A DNA stretch of 64,000 bases, from NCBI RefSeq assembly GCF_039654945.1, contig NW_027361684.1, positions 29,202,001-29,266,000 of the forward strand, given 5' to 3'. Positions 1-12,507 of the stretch are shown here, one piece after another. This stretch comes from Dendrobates tinctorius (Eukaryota). The notes beneath the pieces are model-generated. The model was not told the origin of the DNA. It did no database searches and saw only the letters and a list, made by a program, of their open reading frames with translations. Each line of letters starts with the position of its first letter. The stretch's first letter is position 1. Both the position numbers and the translations under genes were made by a program.

Positions 1-146
1 GCTCCTGTTTAGTAGCTAAATTCTCTTCTAATATAGTAATAGACTATTTTGTGTTCATCACCTTTATTTGATGGGGGTCCTTTGCACTCTCATGTATCTT
101 TCCTCACTCCTTGTCTTTGTCCCAGCGCTTTGCCTTATAATACATA

Positions 147-1225
147 AAGCTCTGGCAAAAATTAAGAGACCACTGGAAAATGTTCAGTTTCTCTGATTTT
201 TCTCTTTATAGGTATATTTTTTTTTTTATTAGTAAAATGTACATTGTTTTATTCTATAAACTACTGACAACATGTCTCCGAAATTTAAAGCTAAAAATTT
301 TGTAATTTGCAGCAAATGAGAAAACAATAATAAAAATGAAACAGTGCTTTCAGACCTTAAATAATGCAAAGAAAACCAGTTCTTATTCATGTGGAAAACA
401 ATACTCATGCTTTAACTTGGGTACAGTTCAGATATCAATATTTGGTGGAATAACCATGATTTTTAATCACAGCTTTCATGCGTCTTGGCATGCTTTCCAC
501 CAGTCTTTCACACTGCTTTTGGGTGACCTAATGCCACTCCCGGTACAAAAATTTAAGCAGTTCTTTGTTTGATGGCTTGTGACTATCCATCTTTCTCTTG
601 ATTACATTCCAGAGGTTTTCAATGGGGTGGTCCTTTATCCACACATTGATTGACCTAGCTGTGTGGAATGGGGCATTGTCCTGTTGGAAAAACCAGTCCT
701 CAGAGTTGGGGAACATTGCCTGAGCAGACCTTGTAAGCGGCTTGATTCATATATCCTTCGCAAATATTAACCTGCCCAATTCCAGCCTTACTGAAGCATC
801 CCCAGATCATCACTGATCCACCACCAAATTTCACAGTGGGTGAAAGACACTGTGGCTTGTACGCCTCTCCAGGTCTCCATCTAACCATTAGATGACCAGG
901 TGTTGGGCAAAGCTGAAAACTACACTCAGAGAAGATTACTCCAGTCCTCTATGGTCCAATCCTAATTGTGTTTGGTAAACTTCAGCCTGGCTCTCCTTTG
1001 CTTCTCATTGATGAAAGGCTTGTGAACACCACAGCAGGGTTTTTTTTTTTTTTTTACACTTCCACTTGTTAAATAAGATTTGGTTCAGGTGATCACCTAA
1101 TCAGAAGCACATTAAGTAGAATGCCATGTACTCTGGTTGGAATTCAACTGACACTGGAATGGAATGGCTGTCAGAGATGGTGATTTTTAGAAAACTGTGC
1201 AGCGGTCTTAATTTTGCCAGAGCTG
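147..1225 (-). mobile_element. Internally deleted Tc1/mariner transposon
   Basis: TIRs (a/c)agctctggcaaaa(a)ttaag at both ends, flanked by TA; minus-strand transposase fragments [17 protein letters not shown] (700-888) and FQQDNAPFHTA...PIENLW (528-716). Confidence 0.85.
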
Positions 1226-1894
1226 TACATTCCCGTTATTAACCTTTTTAGTATTAGACCTTTATGTGCCTACTACATTGCGACTGATACAATATCTACC
1301 TTAGACTCTTGCACTACAGGTACTCTCTTTGCACATGTTCACTTTGTCGCAACCTCATCTTTTACACTGTTATTCAGTCCTCCGTGTGTTACATCACATG
1401 TTGTCATCTTTTGATAGCTTACCAGCGCTACACATAAGTTAGCTCATCACAATCCCATACTATTTACAGGGATACATGTTTACTGCTAATGTAGGCAACA
1501 TACTTCACATCATAATTCAATACTTCACTTTTTGTAAGAACACAAACACCTTTACGTTGCGTATTCTCCTCCTGAGTTCGTTGCATAGAATGCATGTATG
1601 CTCCTTTTCCCATAGACACTCTGGCGAGTGGCAGGTTTTGACACGCCTGCGCAAGCATAATGGCGGTGGAACGCTTGCATGTCACAGGGCCACAAACCAG
1701 AGCATCCTCCATATATGGATGAGATGGGCAGCGCATGCGCTGTACCATATACAAGCACACACTGCTGGTATGTCACCGCTACACGTGAGGCACACATCCC
1801 TCTCGTCCTATTCTTTGATTGGCAGCTTACCGCTTAAAAACCTTACCTATCCCTTCCACAACACACACCTCCATTCTGTAATGCTGTTGGTAAG

Positions 1895-2373
1895 CCCCAG
1901 ATGTAACCTGAAAGCTAAGAAAAATGAGTTATATACTCACGTCGCGGTTCGGCGCCTCCAATCTTCTAACGGTGACGTCCTCTTTGCTGCCTGCCTTGGC
2001 TCCTGCGCAGGTGCACTGCTCTGCCCTGTTGAGGGCAGAGCAGAGTCCTGCAGTGCGCAGGAGCTGGGAGAGGTCCAGCGCCTGCGCACTGCAGTATTCT
2101 GCTCTGCCCTCAACAGGGAAGAGCAGTGCACCTGCGCAGGAGCCATGACAGGCAACAAAGAAGAGGATGTCACCATTAGAAGATGGGAGACGCCGGACCG
2201 CAACAACCATCGGACCACGACCGGACCGCCCCTGGGAGAGTATAATATAACTCATTTTTCTTATCCTTCAGGTTACATCAGGGGCTTACCTACAGCATTA
2301 CAGAATGCTGTAGATAAGCTCCTAATGGCGGTGCCGGCAGCTGATACTCAAAGAATGGGGTGACAGATTCCCT
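1895..2373. mobile_element. Kolobok/T2-type palindromic MITE, left end not found
   Basis: Long internal inverted repeat (~1960-2190); right end tgacagattccct followed by TTAA. Confidence 0.6.
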
Positions 2374-3229
2374 TTAAGGCCCTCAAACATATTAGTCAGC
2401 CCTACAGCCATTTGGCAGACAGCTCTCTCACCTGACTATCACACATACACAGGAGGGCTTTGCCAAACATCTTTGTGCTCTCTATTAGAGAGCAGATGTC
2501 AGGGTCCTCTAGGCGGCAGCTTATCTTCAGACAGAAGAGGAGGATCAACAATTGGACTTCTAACATGCCGGAGCCTTCTCTTTCCTCACAAAGTATGGAA
2601 GGAAAGTCGAGGCCTCAATACACATCTGATTGTGGCTGAACCTTGCTGACTTTAGCTTTCTGGGGAGACATGTACACAAGATTACAGCCCTGATTCATGA
2701 ACACTGACTGGCATTTTGCATGGCAGCCATAATGAAGGGTTAGCTGGAGAAAGCTGTGACACTTTGTGCAGGAGTTTTTTTTTTTTTGCAATAAAATTTG
2801 CATTTTTATCATCGCTTTTCGTAATATAAAAAAGCCACACACAGCACTGATTATTCAGCTTTGATAGAATTCGACTTTGCCCGAATATACACAAGTCTCG
2901 ACCTGTACCACCATTTTTAAAAGTGGGCAGAGCTTCGCAGGTAGGGGCATGACCCTGACTGAGTGGAGGCAACGGATTTATCATTTACATCACAAAAGTG
3001 GCATAGATTACGACAAACATCATCTAGCAGCCTCGTACATTTTGGCAATTGTGATAAAAATTATGATAACTGCCGGCTGTGCTCCGCTATGCTGCTCCAC
3101 GTGATGCTCTGCCCACAAAATAGATTATATAAAACTAAAAAAAAAAAAATAATTAATGTACAATTTTTGATGTGTGCTCCATTAAAACTTCAGCAACAAC
3201 CAAAGAAAAGCATTAAAAAGCCAGTCCAA

Positions 3230-3637
3230 AATGACAAGTCTGCAGTGACTGTGACTTGTAAATTCCCCCCACAGCGTACGCACTGTGTGATGAGGGGATG
3301 CACCGGTTTCTGAGCCGGGATCGGCCGGTATGGATGTGTTATGCATACTGCTGGCCAGTGGGCACGGTCTCGCTCCATACACTTGTACAGAGTGAGACCT
3401 TTCCCACTAGTCGGCCACATCCACTGGCCGGACGTGTCTCTAGATGAGGCGCGGCCTTGATCAATACAAGTGTACGGAGCGACACCGTGTCCACTGGCCA
3501 GGAGTATGCATAACATATACGCACCCGCCGATCTCGGCTCAAAAACCGGGGAATCCCCAGCTCTCCAGTGCGTTTACTGTGGGGATTCAGAAGTCTGTAG
3601 TCACTGCAGACTTATCGATTTGAAACGGACAACCCCT
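3230..3637. mobile_element. Palindromic MITE (T2/Kolobok-like)
   Basis: Inverted arms acaagtctgcagtgact / agtcactgcagactt and gcatactgctggccagtgg / ccactggccaggagtatgc; ends acaacccct-TTAA. Confidence 0.55.
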
Positions 3638-3684
3638 TTAACAATATATTAATTCCAATTCAAGAAAAAAAAAAAAAAACTTCC

Positions 3685-5421
3685 CGTAATGTCAGGATTC
3701 CTGGGCCTCATTATCTCCCCCCCCTGTAATGTCAGGATTCCTGGGCCTCATTATCTCCCCCCCCTGTAATGTCAGGATTCCTGGGCCTCATTATCTCCCC
3801 CCCCCTGTAATGTCAGGATTCCTGGGCCTCATTACCCCCCCCCTCCCTGTAATGTCAGGATTCCTGGGCCTCATTACCCCCCCCCCTCCCTGTAATGTCA
3901 GGATTCCTGGGCCTCATTATCTCCCCCCCCCCTGTAATGTCAGGATTCCTGGGCCTCATTACCCCCCCCCTCCCTGTAATGTCTGGATTCCTGGGCCTCA
4001 TTACCCCCCCCCCCCTCCCTGTAATGTCAGGATTCCTGGGCCTCATTACCCCCCCCCCCCTCCCTGTAATGTCAGGATTCCTGGGCCTCATTATCTCCCC
4101 CCCCTGTAATGTCAGGATTCCTGGGCCTCATTACCCCCCCCCCTCCCTGTAATGTCAGGATTCCTGGGCCTCATTACCCCCCCCCCCTCCCTGTAATGTC
4201 AGGATTCCTGGGCCTCATTACCCCCCCCCCCCTCCCTGTAATGTCAGGATTCCTGGGCCTCATTACCCCCCCCCCCCCTCCCTGTAATGTCAGGATTCCT
4301 GGGCCTCATTACCCCCCCCCCCCCTCCCTGTAATGTCAGGATTCCTGGGCCTCATTACCCCCCCCCCCCTCCCTGTAATGTCAGGATTCCTGGGCCTCAT
4401 TATCTCCCCCCCCCTGTAATGTCAGGATTCCTGGGCCTCATTATCTCCCCCCCCCTGTAATGTCAGGATTCCTGGGCCTCATTACCACCCCCCCCCCCTC
4501 CCTGTAATGTCAGGATTCCTGGGCCTCATTATCTCCCCCCCCTGTAATGTCAGGATTCCTGGGCCTCATTACCCCCCCCCCCCTCCCTGTAATGTCAGGA
4601 TTCCTGGGCCTCATTATCTCCCCCCCCTCTGTAATGTCAGGATTCCTGGGCCTCATTATCTCCCCCCCCCCTGTAATGTCAGGATTCCTGGGCCTCATTA
4701 CCACCCCCCCCCTCCCTGTAATGTCAGGATTCCTGGGCCTCATTACCCCTCCCTGTAATGTCAGGATTCCTGGGCCTCATTACCCCCCCCTGTAATGTCA
4801 GGATTCCTGGGCCTCATTATCTCCCCCCCCCTGTAATGTCAGGATTCCTGGGCCTCATTATCTCCCCCCCCTGTAATGTCAGGATTCCTGGGCCTCATTA
4901 CCCCCCCCTGTAATGTCAGGATTCCTGGGCCTCATTACCCCCCCCCTCCCTGTAATGTCAGGATTCCTGGGCCTCATTACCCCCCCCCTCCCTGTAATGT
5001 CAGGATTCCTGGGCCTCATTACCCCCCCCCTCCCTGTAATGTCAGGATTCCTGGGCCTCATTATCTCCCCCCCCTGTAATGTCAGGATTCCTGGGCCTCA
5101 TTACCACCCCCCCCCTCCCTGTAATGTCAGGATTCCTGGGCCTCATTACCCCCCCCTGTAATGTCAGGATTCCTGGGCCTCATTATCTCCCCCCCCCTGT
5201 AATGTCAGGATTCCTGGGCCTCATTACCCCCCCCTGTAATGTCAGGATTCCTGGGCCTCATTACCCCCCCCCCTCCCTGTAATGTCAGGATTCCTGGGCC
5301 TCATTACCCCCCCCTGTAATGTCAGGATTCCTGGGCCTCATTATCTCCCCCCCCCTGTAATGTCAGGATTCCTGGGCCTCATTACCCCCCCCCTCCCTGT
5401 AATGTCAGGATTCCTGGGCCT
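3685..5421. repeat. Minisatellite: 29-bp constant core plus variable poly-C linker (~37-45 bp unit, ~40-45 copies)
   Basis: Repeated tgtaatgtcaggattcctgggcctcatta followed by C-runs such as tctccccccccc or cccccccctccc. Confidence 0.95.
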
Positions 5422-5494
5422 TACTTTCCCCCCTCCAACATGCAGCGCCCATATAGTAACAACACTCATGTGTCTTTGCCCTCAGACCGCTCAC

Positions 5495-5630
5495 CCTTAG
5501 TGCTGTGCCCTCTCCTCACACGGCTCCATGGCGCAGCCCCTCAGACCTCTCCTCTCCAGCAGCCTCACCACCACAACGCTGCTTCCTGGTATCGGGTCTG
5601 CATCGGCACCGAAATGAATGAGGCCCCGCC
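5495..5630 (-). other. Putative non-coding first exon of a divergent gene (TNFAIP1 by synteny)
   Basis: Minus-strand donor AGG|GTGAGC at 5495/5494 in a CpG-rich block head-to-head with IFT20. In human, IFT20 and TNFAIP1 are head-to-head. The start is estimated and no coding sequence is seen. Confidence 0.4.
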
Positions 5631-5800
5631 TCTTCCGGTGACGCCATCTCCCATCACAGGCGCAGCTCCGTTCGTTCTGACACTGCCCATACAAGCTGGC
5701 TGTAGCCGAGAAGCCTTCCGCCTCGTCTCTATGGTACCAGGAGTGCATTCCCGGAAGTGACGTCAGTAAACACTAGCCAGCTGTCTCCGTGGCAGCCGGG
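5620..5800. promoter_or_regulatory. CpG-rich, probably bidirectional promoter with ETS-CRE composite and X-box-like motifs
   Basis: CCGGAAGTGACGTCA at 5751-5765; CTTCCGGTGACG at ~5632-5643; GC box ggccccgcc; RFX X-box-like GTCTCTATGGTACC (5725-5738) and GTCTCCGTGGCAGC (5783-5796). Confidence 0.7.
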
Positions 5801-5843
5801 GTCGGAGAGGGAGCTGTGCGGTCGGTGACAGCTGTGAGAGCAG
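5766..5843 (+). other. IFT20: IFT20 putative non-coding exon 1
   Basis: Downstream of promoter motifs, ends at donor CAG|GTAACC (5843/5844). The ATG exon at 9161 is preceded by an acceptor, so an upstream UTR exon is required. Start is approximate. Confidence 0.55.
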
Positions 5844-7894
5844 GTAACCTGGAGGCCGGCAGCGCCTTACTGCTGCTCTCTGTTATCAGCCATTTCAGGC
5901 AGGGGACTGGTAACTGTAGTGTTCTGTACTGGGATCAATGACTGGGTGTCCTGGAACCAGACCAGCCAAGCTGTGCTACCTCTCAGGGGGTCGCCCCAGC
6001 TGAAACATTCAGGGTCACGCTGGGTCCACAGGAGAGAGATGCGGGCTGCCTCCATGTCTCCCATAGATGTGACTGCAGCCATTCTCCGCCTGGATGAGGC
6101 GTCTGTCAGGTGCCCCTGATGAAGTGGGGTGTGACCAGACCCCCGAATCTTCAGATAGGAGTCTACCAGACACTTATCCTGTGGATGGGACCTAATTGTC
6201 TAAGGTGGAATACCCCTTTAAATTTAAGGAAAATCTGTGACCAGGTTTTTGTTCCTCAACCTGATGTAGGGGCAGAGACCCTGATTCCATTTACTGGGCT
6301 GCTTGTTGTAGTTTTGATACAATCCCTGTTTTCCCTGTTGAGGATCTCCCAGTTCTCTGAATGCTGAGCCCTGTATAACCCATCCACACCACTGATTGAT
6401 CGCTTTCACTGTGCATAGGCAGAAATCTGCCAATCTAGGGTTGAGTTATACAGATCTCGAGAATCGGGGGGGGACTACATGGCAGCTGCTTTACTAGTCC
6501 TCCCCTTCTGGGCTTACAATCTACAGTGTAATAGGAAGAAGGCAATAGCTTGGGGGGTTTCAGCAGCTCCGGTGGTGGTGAGGTGACGGGGAGGGTTACA
6601 GCACAGTCTCAAACATTACAGTTACTAACACACTATGTCATCATGGATTAAGATCCTGCAGGGCACGCAAGGTCCACTGCTCTCACCAGCACATGCCCAG
6701 GCCTGTTTGAAGTTGCCAGTGAACATCCGGACGCTCCAGAGGAGGCATGGGAGAAGGTCGTGTGGTCAGAAGAGACCAAAATAGAAGAGGAGTAAAAAAT
6801 GAATATGCAAAACCAAAAATACCTCTGGTCGTTAAGGGGTTAAATGGAACCTGTCACCAGGTTTGACTGATATGAGATGTGGCCACCACCTTTCAGGGCT
6901 GATATACAGCATTCAATAATCCTGTATATCTGCCCTCATCCCGACCTGCAAGATAATGAAAAGATCTTTTATTATCCTCGCCTGCAGGGCGGTCCGATCC
7001 GGGGGTGTAGCTGGTCCTGGCCCAACGCCTCCCTTCTTCTCACAACCTTGTCATCCACAGCCTCCCGACATCACGCTCCTGCCTCCTACACAGGCTCGCT
7101 TCTCTGCCCTTTTGATGGCAGGGTAAAATACTGCATTGTGCTTGCTCTGGGATTCTTTGACTTTTCCCACCACTTGCGCACTGCAGGACAGAGAAGTGAG
7201 ACTGTGCAGGAGCGCGATGCCGGGGAGGCTGTGGATGCCGGAGGGACGCATCATCCACAGGAAGCAAGAAGAAAAGAGACACTGGACCAAAAAGAAAGAC
7301 AACTCTCGGACCAGACTGCCCCTCATGTCAATTTCTCTTGCAGGCACGCATTTGAATTTTCCCCATAGACTTGCATTAATGATTCGCATGTGTAAAAAAT
7401 GTAAATGCGTGTCCGTTAATTTGCATAATAGGTGCGGACATTTTGCAGTGTCAAAACTGCAGCAGATCCTGAACGTGGGACCGTACCCTCAGAGCTACAC
7501 TGGTAACTCGGTCCGTCAGGTGCAACCTTTCTCCTCCAATTGGACTTTTTGGCACTAAATGAACTCTAACTAGAATACAGTTGTCTGAATGCACCATTAG
7601 CTGTAATAAACGCTTCACCTTTTGGCACATTGAAATGTAAAGTGCTGCGGAATATGTCGGCGCTATAGAAATAAAATGTAGTATTATTATTATTTTGCAC
7701 CTGAACTTGTCCCCACAGAAGGCAGCTGCTGTTGTGGAGCGGAGCTGGATCCAGCTGACTGCAGCCGAATGTTCCCAGGCGTATTTGTGTGCGCTGGAGA
7801 ACATGTGATTCCTGCAGGGGGGCAGCCTGGGAAGCCATGTAGTTACAATGTGCCACAAAACTAAATAAAATAGCACCCTAATATACGTGTTTAA

Positions 7895-8869
7895 CCACTT
7901 CATGACTGGACTTTTTTGTTCTTTTTCGGTTTTGTGCTTTGATTTTTCCCTTTCTTCTTTTTCAAGCGTTTTTTTTCTTCTCCATCAAGTAGCCATATGA
8001 TGTCTTATTTTTATTTTTTTTGCGATGAGAGATGTAGTTTTGAATGGTGCTATTTTACCATGTAATGTACTGGAAAAAACATGAAAATGATTCAAATGGG
8101 GGAGAAATGCAAGTACAACACTTATTTTTCTGGGGGCGTGGGATTTTATTTCTTTTACAGTAACGATGACTGATGGATGGTTTTTATGTGGCCAACTGTC
8201 AATTTTTATTAATACCATTTTGGGGTAGATATGATGTATCTTTATTACATTTTATGTTGGAGATGCTGTAACCAAAGAAACGGCAATTCAATTCTACGTT
8301 TTTTTTTTTCTCATTGCAACATGGTGCGGATTCATTTTAGATTTTATTAGACTGAACTTTTCCAGATTCAGTACTATATACTGTATGAGTGTGTATGTGT
8401 GCAGTTATATAAATATATATATATTTTTTTAAACTGAGGAAAGGTGGAATGGTTCAAATATTTATTTTAATATTTCGTTGTTTTTTTTTGTTTTGTTTTG
8501 CCTTTCTTGTAGAGTTTTTGCTATCTCTTGTTCTGTATACTGCAGTATGACAGCATTGCAGTATCTAGTAAAATTACTAATCTGTTATAAAGCCCTGTTG
8601 TAACATGGCGGCATCAGGGACCTTCAGTAGGCACCCAGCTTCTATTGGAACTTATCGCAATCTTGTCATAGGATCGATGGTCACAGGAACAATCGCTATT
8701 TAAATGCCGCTGTTGTTGATTAACAGTGTTCAGAGCTCGCTGGTGTTAGAGGCATGTATAGGCTGTGTAACGCAGCCGGCACCCAGCTTGCAAGGAGCGG
8801 GCTCAGCTCCTGAGCCAGCTCCATGCACTTGACATAGGATCTACTGGTATGTCCTGTGTTGGGAAGGGG
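7895..8869. mobile_element. Non-autonomous piggyBac-type element
   Basis: TTAA-ccacttc ... gaagggg-TTAA termini; no coding sequence. Confidence 0.55.
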
Positions 8870-9160
8870 TTAATTTACTTGCCTTTTTAAAGATCTCTGT
8901 TGATGGAAAAATTCATTGGCTATAAATGTATTAAGACCTAATGTATGTTTGCTAGTATTGAATCCATTGTGTGTAGACAATCCTCTGTGAGACGGAGCCC
9001 CAGCAGCACAAATCTCTACACTGTTCTGGTAGTTTGCTACAATGTATCGTTGTGTGTAAGATGTATCCGGCCCGAGTCCTGACTCTCTAAGTCACTGGGG
9101 ATTCTTCACACTAGTATTTTGCCATAGACATCTCATGACATGTTTTTCTTACCAGCAGCA

Positions 9161-9287
9161 ATGGCTAAAGACTCGCTATCGGAGGCCGGGTTTCACTTTG
9201 ACGAACTCAACAAACTGCGCATCTTGGATCCAGATGTCTCTCAACAAACAACAGAACTGAAGGAGGAATGCAGGGAGTTTGTAGAAA
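9161..9287 (+). CDS. IFT20: Intraflagellar transport protein 20, coding exon 1
   Basis: [42 protein letters not shown]; acceptor ttcttaccag upstream, donor GTAAGT; 127 nt. Confidence 0.96.
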
Positions 9288-9709
9288 GTAAGTCACTGTC
9301 TTGACCTTTTTTTTTTCTAAGAACTTTGATGTTAGTGAGTTGAATCAGTAATTCCATCCTGAGTCGGTAAGCCTTTGCCAGTCTAATACTATAATTTCAG
9401 GATGGCTCTAGTCTAAGTAAAACTTCTTATTAAGCAGGGTCTGGTTCTGAGATATATATATATATGCATTAGCTTAGGAATCCGCTCTCTGCTCCATCAT
9501 TGATGATGCTCCAGCTGGTTCTGCAAGACTGGAACAGATGGCATCCCAGTCACCTGACCCTGTGGCCTCCGAGGACTGGTGGTCAAGATGTAATCTCTTC
9601 CAGTCTAGCAGACATAGCCATAGAGAGGGCAGTTTCCGGGGGTATGAATGCCTTTATATTCTATAAGCATACAATCCCGACTCTAAAGAATATCAGAAAA
9701 CTCCTTTAA

Positions 9710-10563
9710 AGGGAACCTGTCACCATTTTTTTCATGTATGAGCCACTACCTCCACCTTTCTCAGCGCCTGTGCTGCATTCCAGAAAGTTTTATATTATGT
9801 CCTGACTCCCTTGTATATCCTCCCACACCTTTTGAAGTGCTCCAGTGAGATATGCAAATTCGGATGTTCCGGTCTGATGGACGTCATTGCACCGGTGTTT
9901 GTCCCTCCTCTTCCCCACTAAATGCCGTCCTCCCACTGTGATTGATGCGTGTGACATGTCCTGTGTCATCCACATAGCCCAACGAAATCTCATGCCTGTG
10001 TAGGGACGTTGCCGGCTCGCACAGGCGGACTTTGCTCTGCTGTGCTGCAGAGCTTAAAACCTTACCTTGCATGTCCCGCTATACTTTATTACAGCTCCTG
10101 CTTACTGGAAACACTTCACCCTTATTGTTTTATTCTGTGTCGCCAGACTTAAACTCTGTTCCAGCGGCGAAGATATATATGGGCAAATTGGTTCCAGTTT
10201 TAGGTTTTGGCTCTGCCTGCAGTACGGCAGAGCAAAGTGCGCCTGTTCAGGCCGGCGATGTCTCTGCACAGGTGCAAGATTTTGTTGGGCTATGTGCTTG
10301 ATGCAGGACTCGATATCCACATCCACAGCAATCACAGCAGGAGGAAGGCATTCAGCTGGAGAGATGAGGGGCAGGCGCAGCTGCAATGACCCCATCAGAC
10401 CAGAAAATCCAAATTTCTACACCTCGCTGGGGCACTTCAAAAAGTTTTTTAGGGATACACAGGGGAGTCAGGACATAATATACAACTTTATAGAATGCAT
10501 CACAGGTGCTGAGGAAGGTGGTGGTATTGGTTCATCCATGAAAAAGCTGGTGACAGCTTCCCT
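9710..10563. mobile_element. Kolobok/T2-type MITE in IFT20 intron
   Basis: TTAA TSD; TIRs agggaacctgtcacc / ggtgacagcttccct; long degenerate inverted arms. Confidence 0.75.
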
Positions 10564-12421
10564 TTAACATCTTTGTATGTATCTTGGTAGGTATGTGGGG
10601 TCGCAATGTCATCAGCAGCAAAGGCTCTGGACCGCAGCCGATAACCCCTTTAATATCAAAGTGACCTCTTTGTATATAACATTCACTTCTGTGTAGCCTC
10701 CTGGACAGACAGAGTTATCTGCAGCCATGATTACATGGAACCTAGTGCGGATAGTCTGGATCGCAAATAATGTGTTGCCTAAAACCTACCATAAGCAAAT
10801 GATGTGAATCCTGGTATAAATGGACCAACTTTGTTTAGAAAGGGTTGTATAGAAGTAAATACTAGGAAAAATTCTGTAAAACTGTCTAATTTTTAAAGGG
10901 GTGTGGGTTCATAGGAAAAGGGTGTTACCAAGCACCAATAGATGGTGTGAATGTAAAGAGTAATTGTTTCATCTTTTTTCACCATCAATCCAAATCAAGA
11001 CAACGTGTGAAAATAAGCAACTTTGTAATATATCTTATCAGAGAAATCTGCTTTTTTTTTTTCTCCTCCTGGACTGTGCATTCATTCTGAAAATTTACAG
11101 GTAAAAATGTGTCTTCAGTGAATACAGACTCTCATTACTGAGATAGGAAATGGCAGTTGGTGCTCATAAAGTTCTGTGGAGAACTGGAACTGTCATTTCA
11201 TGAGAACTTGCCACAGAATGTCTGTGTCTGCCTCAAGCTCCTTCCTCCTTCTCCCATTTCCATAGAATTTTTTTAAAAGCACCAGTTGCCATCTTGTATC
11301 CCAGTAATGGGAAAGTCTGTCTTCACTGAATATAGATTTTATACCTAAAGTTAAAGATCAGTCCAGGAGATTTCTTTACTAAGATGTATTACGAAGTTAC
11401 CCTCTCACCTGCAGTGATGGGTCTCTTGATGCCTCCATGTATACGGAGGGACCTGTCAGAGTGTGAGAAGCTGCCAGGGAAGCCCTGGTCTGACTAGTCT
11501 CCCATGCAGCTCGGTCATCAGCATCTTTTGAATTCTGTTTTTCTCTGATACACCCCAGTATTTCGGAGTCGTTGAATTTGCTTGCTCACTGGAATAGGTG
11601 CCCAGAAGAAAAGGTGTCATCGTAAACAATACTTCGGCACACAAAGAAATTAGTTATGTTGAACGTAATGGTTTACTTGTTATCATTCTCAAAAATGTTT
11701 CCAATGTTTCAGCCTTTGGGTTTTTTTTTTAAAGTTTTTATTTGCACGTGAGAAAATCGGGGCATACTGGAGTGACTGATCTTGTTGCGCTGTGGCTCAC
11801 AGGGTCCGCAAATCCTGCTTGCCCTAATTTTTTTCATGTGCGGATAAAATCTTGAAAAATCCCCCAAGGGCCGAAATGTTGGAAACATTTTTGCGAATGA
11901 GAAGTAAACAATTCCGTTCAGTATCATTATTTTGTTTGTGTGACGAAGTGTTCATGATGTTATTTCAGAGTGAAACATACCTGGCTGAAGTCACACAACC
12001 ATCAGGTATCCGGCACTGACCATGTATCGGGCAGCATGGATCTGCTGTACAGTTACCTCTTAAGCCTCTCGTCAGCCACTATGGGTCACACTGGTTGCAT
12101 CTTTAGACTTTCTAGTCTAAGCTTACTTCACTTATTAGTTGACTTTTTTTTTTTACAAAAATTTTGGCGCATTTCTTGCATCATGATATTACACGTTCCA
12201 GTGAAGCCATGCTCCTTGTCGGATGAATTGTAGGAATTGCCTAAAACACAATATAAAAGCAGTTAGCAAGTAAATATCCCCCTAAATTCACAAGGGTAAA
12301 TGTTCTGAGAGGGTATCACGATTTACAACTGTACTCGAGTTTCCGGTTTATATTCTTTCGGCACGACAGAAGTGTGTACCTGTGACATGAGCCTCTTGTT
12401 TTTTTTTTTTTTTCATTTCAG

Positions 12422-12507
12422 AAATAGGTGATTTTCAAAAAATAGTAGGCGGTTTAATAGAACTAGTGGATCAGCTGGCTAAAGAAACTGAGAATGAGAA
12501 AATGAAG
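12422..12507 (+). CDS. IFT20: IFT20 coding exon 2
   Basis: [29 protein letters not shown]; AG/GT boundaries; 86 nt, phase-compatible. Confidence 0.96.

Noticed and set aside
1476-2363. 295-aa ORF
   Set aside because: Runs through a palindromic MITE; no recognisable protein similarity.
3685-5421. CRISPR-like look (palindromic 29-bp repeat with variable spacers)
   Set aside because: Spacers are only 8-16-nt poly-C variants, there are no cas genes, and the context is vertebrate.
6740-6790. Tc1 transposase-like snippet (WEKVVWSEETKIE)
   Set aside because: Too short and without termini to define an element.
9153-9160. Tandem CAGCAG acceptor before the IFT20 ATG
   Set aside because: Both choices fall in the 5' UTR and leave the protein and the -3 purine unchanged.
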